Below, piece after piece: positions 27,433-36,377 of a DNA stretch of 40,000 nt. The stretch comes from Bifidobacterium breve (GTDB lineage Bacteria; Actinomycetota; Actinomycetes; Nanopelagicales; Nanopelagicaceae), in NCBI GenBank assembly GCA_945881945.1, contig CAMCVO010000008.1, forward strand, positions 24,461-64,460. Direction: 5' to 3'. Under the pieces are notes generated by a model. That model saw only the letters and a program-made list of their open reading frames with translations. It was not told where the DNA came from and did no database searches. How positions within the stretch are numbered: position 1 is the stretch's first letter; each line of letters begins with the position of its first letter. Both the position numbers and the translations under genes were made by a program.

Positions 27433-28215
27433 ATCTTCATAACTAGAGGGTAATTCACCGACATTTAAGAATTTCAAATACTGCTCTGTAATCACCTCTG
27501 GTTCACCTGAGGCCAACATACTTCCTTTGTGCATCCATATAGCATGGTCACATAGCTCATTAATCGAAGATAACGCATGGGAAACGATCAAAATTGTTCG
27601 AGCCTCTTCACATAGCTCTCTCATCCGATTAAAAGATTTTTCCTTAAAAGCTGCATCACCTGCAGATAATGCCTCATCTAATAACAATATATCCGGAGTC
27701 ATGTTTACTGCCACCGCAAATGCAACCCTGCTATACATTCCATTGCTATAGGTTCGTACCGGCATATCAATAAATCCCTCAGGTAAATCAGCAAAAGCTG
27801 CAATGGCATCTGTCTGGCTTTCAATTTCAGCCTTACTCATTCCGGCAGCAAGCCCACCTAAAATTATGTTGTCTCGACCAGATAAGGCTTTGTTAAAACC
27901 AACACCAAGAGCTAACAAAGTTGAAATTCTGCCATTGACTGTGATCTTCCCCGCCGTCGGCGGTAAAATCCCTGCAATGGATCGCATTAGCGTTGATTTA
28001 CCTGCACCATTTGCACCAACAATTCCAACTACTGAACCATGTTGAATATCAAGATTTAAATGCTTAACTGCTTCCACAGTTCTAGTTCTGACTCTCTCGC
28101 CTTTACTTGCACGCATTATTGCATTTTTTAATGTCTTTTTAGACTCAACATTAATTTTATAACTAATTGAAAGATCCTCAATTTTAATTGCCAAATTATC
28201 TGGCAAACTCTCCAT
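27427..28215 (-). CDS. Polysaccharide ABC exporter ATP-binding protein (Wzt/TagH-like)
   Basis: GVVGIVGANGAGKSTLMRSIAGILPP-like Walker A, RVAFAVAVNMTPDILLLDEAL, ISVSHAL-like region. The ORF track starts at 28284; ATG 28215 (MESLPDN) avoids overlap with the permease. Confidence 0.93.
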   Translation of the reverse strand: MESLPDNLAIKIEDLSISYKINVESKKTLKNAIMRASKGERVRTRTVEAVKHLNLDIQHGSVVGIVGANGAGKSTLMRSIAGILPPTAGKITVNGRISTLLALGVGFNKALSGRDNIILGGLAAGMSKAEIESQTDAIAAFADLPEGFIDMPVRTYSNGMYSRVAFAVAVNMTPDILLLDEALSAGDAAFKEKSFNRMRELCEEARTILIVSHALSSINELCDHAIWMHKGSMLASGEPEVITEQYLKFLNVGELPSSYEDL

Positions 28216-28219
28216 AGCC

Positions 28220-29092
28220 TTAGATGCGGACGGCAAAATCACGCTCCCTTGAGATAAAGAAATAAGCACCCATTGCAAAGGCAATCACTGCCCAAATCAA
28301 GCAACCGATTAATTGAGAAAGTGTTGGCATTAAGCCATCAATCCAAATTCTTGAGTTTGCCGAGAGTATTGGGCCCAGTGGATTTAGGTAGAGAAGTATT
28401 CTATACCAACCACTTAACATATCTGGTTGCCAAAGTACAGGCGAGGCATATAACCAAATCCTCATTATGTAAGAGAGTAGTTTTGTGGTGTCACGAAAGT
28501 ACACATTCATTGTTGCAAACAATAGAGATAATCCAAAACTAGTTATGACCAATAAAATAAACAAAAATGGCAGTACCAAGTGATTTAAACTTAGTCCTGG
28601 CAAAGTAGTGTCATTAAGAATTAATTTTCCAGCGATCACAATCAAAATATAGATTGGAATAGTTGGGAAAAACTGCCGAGCAGCACTTATTGCACTAGAT
28701 AGTGGCAAGAGTGCTCTAGGAAAGGCTTGATTTAGAATTAAGCTGCCACCTGATGTAATTGAGTGAGCACCAAGCAAAATGGTGTTCTGGGCGAAGTAAA
28801 AAGTGAACAACCCAATCAGAATGTGGCAAAGAGTGGTAAATCCACCACCTTGACCTCTACCGCCTTGAATAATTGTTACCAACAGATAATAAATTACCGC
28901 TAAAAACAAAGGGTTCAAAACCAACCAAACTTTACCGAGCTTGGAATCTAAGTATTCGGCTTTGTCAGAAAACTTAGAAAGTTCTGTTGCGAATTCCCGC
29001 CTTCTCCAGAATTCGCGAAAGTATGGCCGCATTGGCGGCAAAGATGAACTATGGGGTTCAAAAATCTGTACCTTGCTACTGGCCTCGATCAT
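28220..29092 (-). CDS. Polysaccharide ABC exporter permease (Wzm/TagG-like)
   Basis: FREFWRRREFATELSKFSDKAEYLDSKLGKVWLVLNPLFLAVIYYLLV, six TM segments, ABC-2 type. Confidence 0.92.
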   Translation of the reverse strand: MIEASSKVQIFEPHSSSLPPMRPYFREFWRRREFATELSKFSDKAEYLDSKLGKVWLVLNPLFLAVIYYLLVTIIQGGRGQGGGFTTLCHILIGLFTFYFAQNTILLGAHSITSGGSLILNQAFPRALLPLSSAISAARQFFPTIPIYILIVIAGKLILNDTTLPGLSLNHLVLPFLFILLVITSFGLSLLFATMNVYFRDTTKLLSYIMRIWLYASPVLWQPDMLSGWYRILLYLNPLGPILSANSRIWIDGLMPTLSQLIGCLIWAVIAFAMGAYFFISRERDFAVRI

Positions 29093-29097
29093 AACGG

Positions 29098-29997
29098 TTA
29101 TTCTGCCACCTTTGTTTTGGAACTACGGATCAGACTTGCAACAGTAGTCACCAGTAAAGTACCAATAATTACCACTAGTGAGAATTGGGTTGAAATTTCT
29201 GGTAATTCAAGGCCAAATACATTATGGATATTGCTGCCATGCAATGCCTCTAAAACCAGTTTTATTCCAATAAATCCAAGAATTATTGATAGACCCTCGT
29301 TTAAATATATTAAGCGTCCCATCAGTCCACCTAGCAGAAAATAAATTTGACGCAATCCCATTAGCGCAAATGCATTTGCAGTGAAGACAATATATGGATC
29401 CTTTGTTAAACCAAAAATCGCAGGAATTGAATCTAACGCAAAGATTAAATCTGTAAAAGCAATCGCAATCAGCACTATTGTCAGAGGCGAGGCTCCTCTT
29501 TTTCTAAACCAAGTAATCAACCTCCCCTCCTTCCACTCTTTTTCCTTGTCCTCGGTGAAAAGTTTGTAAGCGGTAAAAATCAGGAAAGCACCAAAAATGT
29601 AAAAAACCCAAGAGTATCTATTGATAACCGCTGAACCAATTACTATAAAAATTCCTCGCAGGATTAGCGCCATTACAATTCCTGCCAAAAGGACTAATTG
29701 TTGCTTTTTCTTACTGATTTGAAATCGTGCAAGAATCAAAATAAATATGAATAGATTATCAACGGATAGTGAGTATTCAGTTATCCAGCCAGCAAAAAAT
29801 TCACCCCGGGCCTGGGTAGTGCTCCACTGACCAAGAGAAATACCAAAAATAATTGCAGCACTTACATAAAAAACAGTCCAAGCAGCAGCTTCCTTGATAG
29901 TGGTGTCTTTATTTCGCCTAACTATTGCAAGTGCTAAATCAAAGGCAAGTACAGCCAACAATCCTATGATAGTTAATTCCCAGACAGTTGAACTCAT
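29098..29997 (-). CDS. TerC/Alx family integral membrane protein
   Basis: FFAGWITEYSLSVDNLFIFILIL, TDLIFALDSIPAIFGLTKDPYIVFTANAFALMGLRQIYFLL. Confidence 0.95.
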   Translation of the reverse strand: MSSTVWELTIIGLLAVLAFDLALAIVRRNKDTTIKEAAAWTVFYVSAAIIFGISLGQWSTTQARGEFFAGWITEYSLSVDNLFIFILILARFQISKKKQQLVLLAGIVMALILRGIFIVIGSAVINRYSWVFYIFGAFLIFTAYKLFTEDKEKEWKEGRLITWFRKRGASPLTIVLIAIAFTDLIFALDSIPAIFGLTKDPYIVFTANAFALMGLRQIYFLLGGLMGRLIYLNEGLSIILGFIGIKLVLEALHGSNIHNVFGLELPEISTQFSLVVIIGTLLVTTVASLIRSSKTKVAE

Positions 29998-30189
29998 ATA
30001 AATTAATACCCTCCCAGGATTAGAACACCATTTAACACGGTTGCTTGTTTAATGCTGCTTATTACTCTCTGCGAATCAGCCTCAGTTTTCTATCCTGAAA
30101 CCCTCTTCCTAGCCAATTCTAGGTCCTTTAACAAGTAATTAAAGCACATTTATTAATCATGTTAACTAGTAATTTTAGGATTTATGCGC

Positions 30190-30207
30190 AGAACAAGGGC
30201 TTGTTCT
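30190..30207. promoter_or_regulatory. 18-bp palindrome AGAACAAG-GG-CTTGTTCT
   Basis: 8-bp perfect arms around GG in the terC/aminotransferase spacer. Confidence 0.55.
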
Positions 30208-30529
30208 AAATTTATGTCAAAGTAAGAAGTATAAACTACCAGTTTTTCAATCTAATACTGGTAAGGGTGTGCAGATATATGAACACGATTCGTCCCAAGA
30301 TTAAGATCGTTAATATGTTTTAACTTATAGAAATATATTAAATTATTTTTGTTAGCGATTTTTGATATTGAATTTTAATGATAAATAATTAAATTAGTGG
30401 TCAATAAATTTCAAAGATTTACGCATGAATTTATCGTAGTTGCTTAAAAATTTAACTCTGCTAAACTACGTCAGTAAGATAACTTTTGATTAGGAGAGTG
30501 CACGCCAAACTTCGGTCTATTAGGACCCT

Positions 30530-31942
30530 TTGACAGTACAAACCCGCATGAAAACACAAACGCACCACAACCAAACCTTTCGTTCAGTTCCAGCGCATTC
30601 AAAGCCATTAGATAAAACTCGCCTTGAAAAGTTGTTTCAACAACAAATAGATTTATATAAATCAAATCTTCGTAGCTCAAGCTCTGAGTACTTAACTGCA
30701 CTTAAAACTATTCCGCTAGGGGCGCACTCAACCTTTCAATCATTTGATCCATATCCAATCTCAATCAAATCAGCCAAAGGTGCCTGGATGGTTGATGTGG
30801 ATGGTCGAAAGATGCTAGATCTATCCATGGGCTTTGGCTCAATGTTGGTTGGTCACTTAAATCCTGAGGTAATGGCCGAGCTTAAAAGCACATTAGATGT
30901 TGGCACCTTGTACACCGCACCATCTCCTGACTCTCGAGATGCTGCTGAGCGATTGTGCCGTCGATTTGGAATTGATCAGATCAGATTTACTAACTCAGGC
31001 ACTGAATCAACGATGTATGCGGTAAGAACTGCCCGGGCTTATACCGGTAAAGAGGGCGTAGTAAAGGTGGAAGGTGGCTACCACGGAAGTGGGGATGCGC
31101 TATTGGTTTCTAATAAACCACCACTAGATAAAGCAGGACCAGCAGATGCTCCAGTCCCAGTAATTGGCAATGCGGTAGTTCCAGGTTTGTCATATGTGGT
31201 TCCATACAACAATATTGAAGCACTTGAAGCGGTATTCCAGAAACACTCTGACAAAATTGCCTGCTTTATTGTGGAACCTGTTTTGGAAAATGTTGGAATT
31301 ATTTTGCCAGATGAGGGTTACTTAGAATCAGTGCGAGCCCTCTGTGATGAGTACAAGATTGTTTTAATTTTTGATGAGGTTAAGACTGGTTTAACCGCTG
31401 GCCCACAAGGTGCTGCCCAACGTCTTGGCGTAATCCCAGATTTAATTTGTTTAGCAAAATCAATTGGTGGTGGAATTCCACTTGCAGCATTTGGTGGAAA
31501 AACAGAGTTTATGAAACCAGTAACTGATGGCCGAATGCCACACCTTGGTACATTTAATGGACATATTTTGGCAATGGCAGCGGTTAGAGCAGTAGATAAG
31601 CTTTGTACACCAGCAGCTCTTGAAAAGGCTGAGTCTTTAAATATTCAAGCATTAACTAGAATCCGTGAAATTATCGATGAGTATGAATTACCAGCACACA
31701 CTGTTGGTTTTGGCGTGAAGGGTTGTATAACCTGGTCTGATCGACCAGTTAGAAATTATCGCGATTACAAAGCAACAGATTTCCAAATTGCTGAGCTTTC
31801 ATTTATCTGGTCACTAAATCATGGAATTATGACGCCACCAGGATTAGATGAGCAGTGGTTGATCTCCCTTGCCCATGGTCAGGCTGAGGTTGATTTTATG
31901 GTTAATGACTTTAAGGAATTTGCTAAAACTCTTCGCAGCTAA
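30530..31942 (+). CDS. Class-III PLP aminotransferase, glutamate-1-semialdehyde aminomutase-like but not canonical HemL
   Basis: VDVDGRKMLDLSMGFGSMLVGHLNPEV, RFTNSGTESTMYAVRTARAYTG, VEGGYHGSGD, LIFDEVKTG, CLAKSIGGGIPLAAFGG. The start may be ATG 30548. Confidence 0.88.
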   Translation: MTVQTRMKTQTHHNQTFRSVPAHSKPLDKTRLEKLFQQQIDLYKSNLRSSSSEYLTALKTIPLGAHSTFQSFDPYPISIKSAKGAWMVDVDGRKMLDLSMGFGSMLVGHLNPEVMAELKSTLDVGTLYTAPSPDSRDAAERLCRRFGIDQIRFTNSGTESTMYAVRTARAYTGKEGVVKVEGGYHGSGDALLVSNKPPLDKAGPADAPVPVIGNAVVPGLSYVVPYNNIEALEAVFQKHSDKIACFIVEPVLENVGIILPDEGYLESVRALCDEYKIVLIFDEVKTGLTAGPQGAAQRLGVIPDLICLAKSIGGGIPLAAFGGKTEFMKPVTDGRMPHLGTFNGHILAMAAVRAVDKLCTPAALEKAESLNIQALTRIREIIDEYELPAHTVGFGVKGCITWSDRPVRNYRDYKATDFQIAELSFIWSLNHGIMTPPGLDEQWLISLAHGQAEVDFMVNDFKEFAKTLRS

Positions 31943-31943
31943 C

Positions 31944-33428
31944 TTAGGTATTTTGTGGGAAACCTAAATTAATTCCACCATGGCTTGGATCTAACCAGCG
32001 ACTAGTAACAACCTTGCCGCGGGTAAAGAAGTGAACCCCTTCAGTTCCATGCGCATGTGAATCACCAAATAATGAGTTCTTCCAACCACCAAATGAGAAG
32101 TAAGCCATTGGCACTGGAATCGGCACATTGATACCAACCATGCCAACCTCAACCTCATTTTGGAAGCGTCTTGCAGCGCCACCATCATTGGTGAAGATGG
32201 CAGTGCCATTTCCATATTGATGATTGTTGACCAGCTTTAATGCCTCGTCATAGCTTTTAACTCTAATAACGCTAAGTACTGGTCCAAATATCTCTTCCTG
32301 ATAGATGCTCATACTTGGCTTAACCTGATCAAATAAGGTTGGCCCAAGCCAAAATCCTTCGCCATCAACCTCAACTTTTCGGCCATCAAAAACAATCTTG
32401 GCACCCTCTTTTTCACCAGCTGCGATGTAAGAGGCGACCTTGTCTCGGTGCACCTTGGTCACAAGTGGGCCCATGTCAGCACCCTTTGTGCCATCACCAG
32501 TTTTAATCTTATTTGCTCGTTGAGTTATCTTCTCAATTAATTTGTCTGCAATTGGCTCCACCGCAACAATTGCTGAGATCGCCATACATCTTTCACCTGC
32601 TGAGCCAAAACCGGCATTAATTGCCGCATCTGCAGCTAACTCTAAATCAGCATCTGGCAGAACAATCATGTGGTTTTTCGCGCCACCCAATGCCTGCACT
32701 CGCTTGCCAGCTTTTGTGCCAGTCTCATACACATACTTTGCAATTGGAGTTGAGCCAACAAATGAAACTGATTTAATCCCAGGATGTGTCAGCAATGCAT
32801 CAACTGCGACCTTATCGCCGTGAACTACGTTAAAGACACCATCTGGTAATCCGGCATCTTTGAGTAATTGGGCAACAAACATAATTGCACTTGGATCTTT
32901 CTCACTTGGCTTAACAATTACTGTGTTGCCGCATGCGATTGCAATTGGGAAAAACCACATCGGCACCATGGCTGGAAAATTAAATGGCGAAATCACCGCT
33001 ACCGGTCCTAGCGGCTGACGAATTGAGTAAACATCTACACCAGTTGAAACCTCTTCAGAAAATCCGCCCTTGAGTAGATGGGGGATGCCACAGGCAAACT
33101 CAACTACCTCAAGTCCACGTGTTACCTCACCAAAGGCATCACTTAATACTTTGCCATGTTCCTTGGTAATTAAGGCAGCTATTTGCTCTTTATTTTGATT
33201 TACTAATTCACGAAATGCAAAGAGCACCTGGGTGCGCTTAGTCAGTGAGCTATGGCGCCAAGTTTCAAAAGCTTTTGTAGCCACATCTACAGCAGCATCA
33301 ATAGTTGCAGTTGTTGCAAAATTTACCTTGGCACTTACTTGACCGGTTGCCGGGTTATAGACATCACCAGTGCGCTCTGATTTTTCAGTTGAAAGTTGGT
33401 TATTGATCCAATGTGAAATAGTTTCCAT
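31944..33428 (-). CDS. mmsA: CoA-acylating (methyl)malonate-semialdehyde dehydrogenase
   Basis: ISPFNFPAMVPMWFFPIAIACGNTVIVKPSEKDPSA, VSFVGSTPIAKYVY, NAGFGSAGERCMAIS, RGKVVTSRWLDP. Confidence 0.94.
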   Translation of the reverse strand: METISHWINNQLSTEKSERTGDVYNPATGQVSAKVNFATTATIDAAVDVATKAFETWRHSSLTKRTQVLFAFRELVNQNKEQIAALITKEHGKVLSDAFGEVTRGLEVVEFACGIPHLLKGGFSEEVSTGVDVYSIRQPLGPVAVISPFNFPAMVPMWFFPIAIACGNTVIVKPSEKDPSAIMFVAQLLKDAGLPDGVFNVVHGDKVAVDALLTHPGIKSVSFVGSTPIAKYVYETGTKAGKRVQALGGAKNHMIVLPDADLELAADAAINAGFGSAGERCMAISAIVAVEPIADKLIEKITQRANKIKTGDGTKGADMGPLVTKVHRDKVASYIAAGEKEGAKIVFDGRKVEVDGEGFWLGPTLFDQVKPSMSIYQEEIFGPVLSVIRVKSYDEALKLVNNHQYGNGTAIFTNDGGAARRFQNEVEVGMVGINVPIPVPMAYFSFGGWKNSLFGDSHAHGTEGVHFFTRGKVVTSRWLDPSHGGINLGFPQNT

Positions 33429-33471
33429 ATCCCAACCTTACCTCAAAGAATTTACCGCCATGAAATTACCC

Positions 33472-33496
33472 CTTCCTACCAAAAAACCATAGGAAG
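33472..33496. promoter_or_regulatory. Inverted repeat CTTCCTA-N11-TAGGAAG in divergent mmsA/aminotransferase spacer
   Basis: 7-bp perfect arms with an 11-nt centre CCAAAAAACCA. Confidence 0.45.
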
Positions 33497-33542
33497 TGAT
33501 TAGATTGGGGCATCAAGTCAGGCCAACAAACCAGGGAGCAAA

Positions 33543-34880
33543 GTGAGTACCCCAGAGAACAACCCAGATAAGGCAGCAAAGGTTTTTGCTGATGACCGTG
33601 CATATGTTTTCCACTCTTGGTCAGCACAGGGGCAGATCACACCAATGACAGTTGCCGGCGGTGCCGGTTCATACTTTTGGGATTTCAATGGCAAGAAGTA
33701 CTTAGATTTTTCATGTCAACTAGTTTTTACAAATATTGGCCATCAGCATCCAAAGGTAATTGCAGCGATCAAAGAGCAAGCTGATGTGCTTGCAACTGTG
33801 GCACCACAACATGCCAATGAGGCAAGAAATGAAGCAGCAAAGCGCATCACTGGCGTAGCAGGTGATAGCTTTAAAAAAGTTTTCTTTACAAATGGTGGCG
33901 CAGATGGCATAGAGAATGCGATCCGAATGGCCAGGCTTCACACTAACAAACACAAGGTTTTATCTACCTATCGTTCTTATCATGGCAATACTGGCTCTGC
34001 GATTAATGCAACAGGTGATCCAAGAAGATTTCCAAATGAGTTTGGTTATGGACATGTGCACTTTTGGGGTCCATATCTTTATCGCACCGCTTTTTGGGCC
34101 ACAAATCAGGAAGAGGAGTGCCAGCGAGCACTTGAGCATTTAGAGCAAACAATTATTTTTGAAGGTCCAAAGACAATTGCGGCAATCGTAATTGAGTCAG
34201 TCCCAGGAACAGCTGGTGTGTTAGTACCACCTGCAGGATATCTAGATGGCTTGCGAGCACTTTGTGACAAGTATGAAATTCTTTGGATTGCAGATGAGGT
34301 TATGTCTGGCTTTGGTAGAACTGGTAAATGGTTTGGCTTCCAGCACTCTAAATCAACTCCTGATCTAATTGTCTTTGCCAAGGGTGTTACCTCAGGTTAT
34401 GTGCCACTTGGTGGGGTAATAATTCCAGAAAAAATTGCGAAGACATTTGATGAGCGAGTATTTCCAGGTGGACTCACCTATTCAGGCCACCCACTTGCTT
34501 GTGCTACTGCAGTTGCAACTATTGATGTAATGAAAAGTGAGAAGATGGTAGAAAATGCTGCCAGTATTGGTGAGAAAATCCTTGGGCCTGGATTAAATGA
34601 GTTAGCGAAAAAACATCAAGTAATTGGCGATATTAGAGGCGCAGGTGTTTTCTGGGGAGTAGATATGGTCACAGATAGAAAAACACGTGAACCACTTGCG
34701 CCATATGGTGCATCTAGTCCAAAGATGAATGAGATTGTGGCAACTTGCAAGAAAAATGGTTTGATGCCATTTAATAACTTCAACCGAATTCACATGGTGC
34801 CACCATGCAATATCTCTGAAAGTGATGCCAAGTTAGGCTTAGAGTTACTATCTAAGTCACTAACTGAGATCGGTCTCTAG
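33543..34880 (+). CDS. Class-III aminotransferase (taurine/omega-amino acid aminotransferase-like)
   Basis: FFTNGGADGIENAIRMARLHT, YRSYHGNTGSAI, WIADEVMSGFGRTGKWFGFQH, FAKGVTSGYVPLGGVI; GTG start. Confidence 0.9.
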   Translation: MSTPENNPDKAAKVFADDRAYVFHSWSAQGQITPMTVAGGAGSYFWDFNGKKYLDFSCQLVFTNIGHQHPKVIAAIKEQADVLATVAPQHANEARNEAAKRITGVAGDSFKKVFFTNGGADGIENAIRMARLHTNKHKVLSTYRSYHGNTGSAINATGDPRRFPNEFGYGHVHFWGPYLYRTAFWATNQEEECQRALEHLEQTIIFEGPKTIAAIVIESVPGTAGVLVPPAGYLDGLRALCDKYEILWIADEVMSGFGRTGKWFGFQHSKSTPDLIVFAKGVTSGYVPLGGVIIPEKIAKTFDERVFPGGLTYSGHPLACATAVATIDVMKSEKMVENAASIGEKILGPGLNELAKKHQVIGDIRGAGVFWGVDMVTDRKTREPLAPYGASSPKMNEIVATCKKNGLMPFNNFNRIHMVPPCNISESDAKLGLELLSKSLTEIGL

Positions 34881-34980
34881 CAGTAAGTAGATTTACCGCT
34901 AGTAATCCACAATTTTTATCTTTTATGCATTACTAACACTTTTTTCTTTATAGTTTCCAAACACAAACTTTTGGAGCTAT

Positions 34981-35193
34981 ATGAATCTAACAATGCAAAT
35001 AATTCGAGTAAATCTCCTCTTAAAATCTAAGGCCACAGCTTTTGTTAAGAGCGACAGTCGTGGAGATGTGCCTGGCTGGGTATTAGTAGTACTTATGACC
35101 ACTGCTTTGGTTACTGGCATCTGGTCAATCGCTGCGCCAAAACTAACCACAATCTTGCGCAACTCATTGGATGCAATGGGCGGTATCAGGTAG
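34981..35193 (+). CDS. Flp/Tad-type small pilin-like protein
   Basis: 70 aa, SRGDVPGWVLVVLMTTALVTGIWSIAAPKL: charged leader then one hydrophobic helix; first gene of a TadE-like operon. Confidence 0.6.
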   Translation: MNLTMQIIRVNLLLKSKATAFVKSDSRGDVPGWVLVVLMTTALVTGIWSIAAPKLTTILRNSLDAMGGIR

Positions 35194-35517
35194 TTGCGCA
35201 AGCTATTACTTGCCCAGCACCGCGGATCAGTTGAATCACTACTAACCATACTCCCGCAAGTTTTTGTATTTTTAGTTATGTTTCAACTGATCTTTATGCA
35301 ATTCAATGTCATGCGTTCAACTAACTTAAATCAAGGAGAGTTGGCAACCACAGCAATTACTGGCTCAGGTGATAACTATGTGAGATACCCACTTATTGGT
35401 GGCGGCTCTGTCTTGGTCATTGAAGATAAGAGTCATATTGAGAAGTTTATTGATTTTGGCAATCTTTCAGGTAAGAAAATATTGGCAATTGCAGTAGATG
35501 AAGACTCTGCCAATTAA
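35194..35517 (+). CDS. TadE-like pseudopilin
   Basis: HRGSVESLLTILPQVFVFLVMFQLIFMQFNVMR; TTG start abuts the previous stop. Confidence 0.55.
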   Translation: MRKLLLAQHRGSVESLLTILPQVFVFLVMFQLIFMQFNVMRSTNLNQGELATTAITGSGDNYVRYPLIGGGSVLVIEDKSHIEKFIDFGNLSGKKILAIAVDEDSAN

Positions 35518-35902
35518 ATTTTTAAAAAAATCAGATAACGGCTCTGCAACTGCAGAGTTTGTTATCTTTACCCTTCCTTTTTTTACCGCCTTTTTAATTT
35601 TGATTACAACTGTTTCAAGTAAGAGCTTAGCGATCTCAGAGAGTGAAAACTTAGCAAGACAGACGGTGCGAGCCTTTGTTACTTCACCAAGTGCGGATTT
35701 GGCGATGGCCAGGGCCTATCAAGTACTAGAGATTTATAAATCAAAGCGATCACCAAGTGGTAATCAAATTCGGCAGATTGAATTAGATATCTCCTGCAGC
35801 TTCTACCCATGTTTTTCTCCTGGAAATATGGTTACTTCAACTATCATCGTAGGAAAAAGTGAAAAGGCATCAGCTAGTGAGTATGTAGATCTATGGCGAT
35901 AG
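35498..35902 (+). CDS. TadE-family protein
   Basis: KKSDNGSATAEFVIFTLPFFTAFLILITTVSSKSLAISESENLARQTVRAFVTSPS. Confidence 0.75.
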   Translation: MKTLPIKFLKKSDNGSATAEFVIFTLPFFTAFLILITTVSSKSLAISESENLARQTVRAFVTSPSADLAMARAYQVLEIYKSKRSPSGNQIRQIELDISCSFYPCFSPGNMVTSTIIVGKSEKASASEYVDLWR

Positions 35903-36363
35903 CAAAGATAATTTCTGGTAAAAGCCGTGGCTCATTGCTCCCACTCTCATTTGGCTTTTTTCTACTTGCGATGACACTAACCTTTATCTCGATAAATGTT
36001 GCCTCTGCTTACTCAGTTAAAAAGCAATTAACTAATCTTGCTGAGGGTGCGATTAATAAATCCGCCCAATCAATAAACTCACTTGCCTACTACGCCGAGG
36101 TAAATAGATTTAGTAGCGAAAAACGGGTGCCGCTAGATTGTATTGCTGCTCAAGCCAAGTTTTATCAATTGATTAATCAACTCAGATTGCATGAGAAACA
36201 AATCAAAGTAGATCACTTTAAATGTGAGCTATATGAAGTATCTGCTCAAGTTTCGATCGCTGGCAATATGCCAATTCAGATACCATTTATGGAATCTGTT
36301 GCGTTAAATAGATTGATAATCTCCACTCAAGTTGGCGCAAGTTCGGTATACATCCCTAATTAG
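35893..36363 (+). CDS. TadG-like membrane-anchored secreted protein
   Basis: [49 protein letters not shown]; overlaps the preceding gene. Confidence 0.65.
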   Translation: MAIAKIISGKSRGSLLPLSFGFFLLAMTLTFISINVASAYSVKKQLTNLAEGAINKSAQSINSLAYYAEVNRFSSEKRVPLDCIAAQAKFYQLINQLRLHEKQIKVDHFKCELYEVSAQVSIAGNMPIQIPFMESVALNRLIISTQVGASSVYIPN

Positions 36364-36377
36364 ATTACCCTTGCCCT

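Noticed and set aside
30190-30207. LexA/SOS box
   Set aside because: The Gram-positive consensus is CGAAC-N4-GTTCG; here the GAAC and GTTC half-sites are 8 nt apart, and the adjacent genes are not SOS genes.
30279-30323. 14-codon ORF MNTIRPKIKIVNMF in the long spacer, possible leader peptide
   Set aside because: Too short, no clear Shine-Dalgarno, and more than 200 bp from the downstream gene; no run of regulatory codons.
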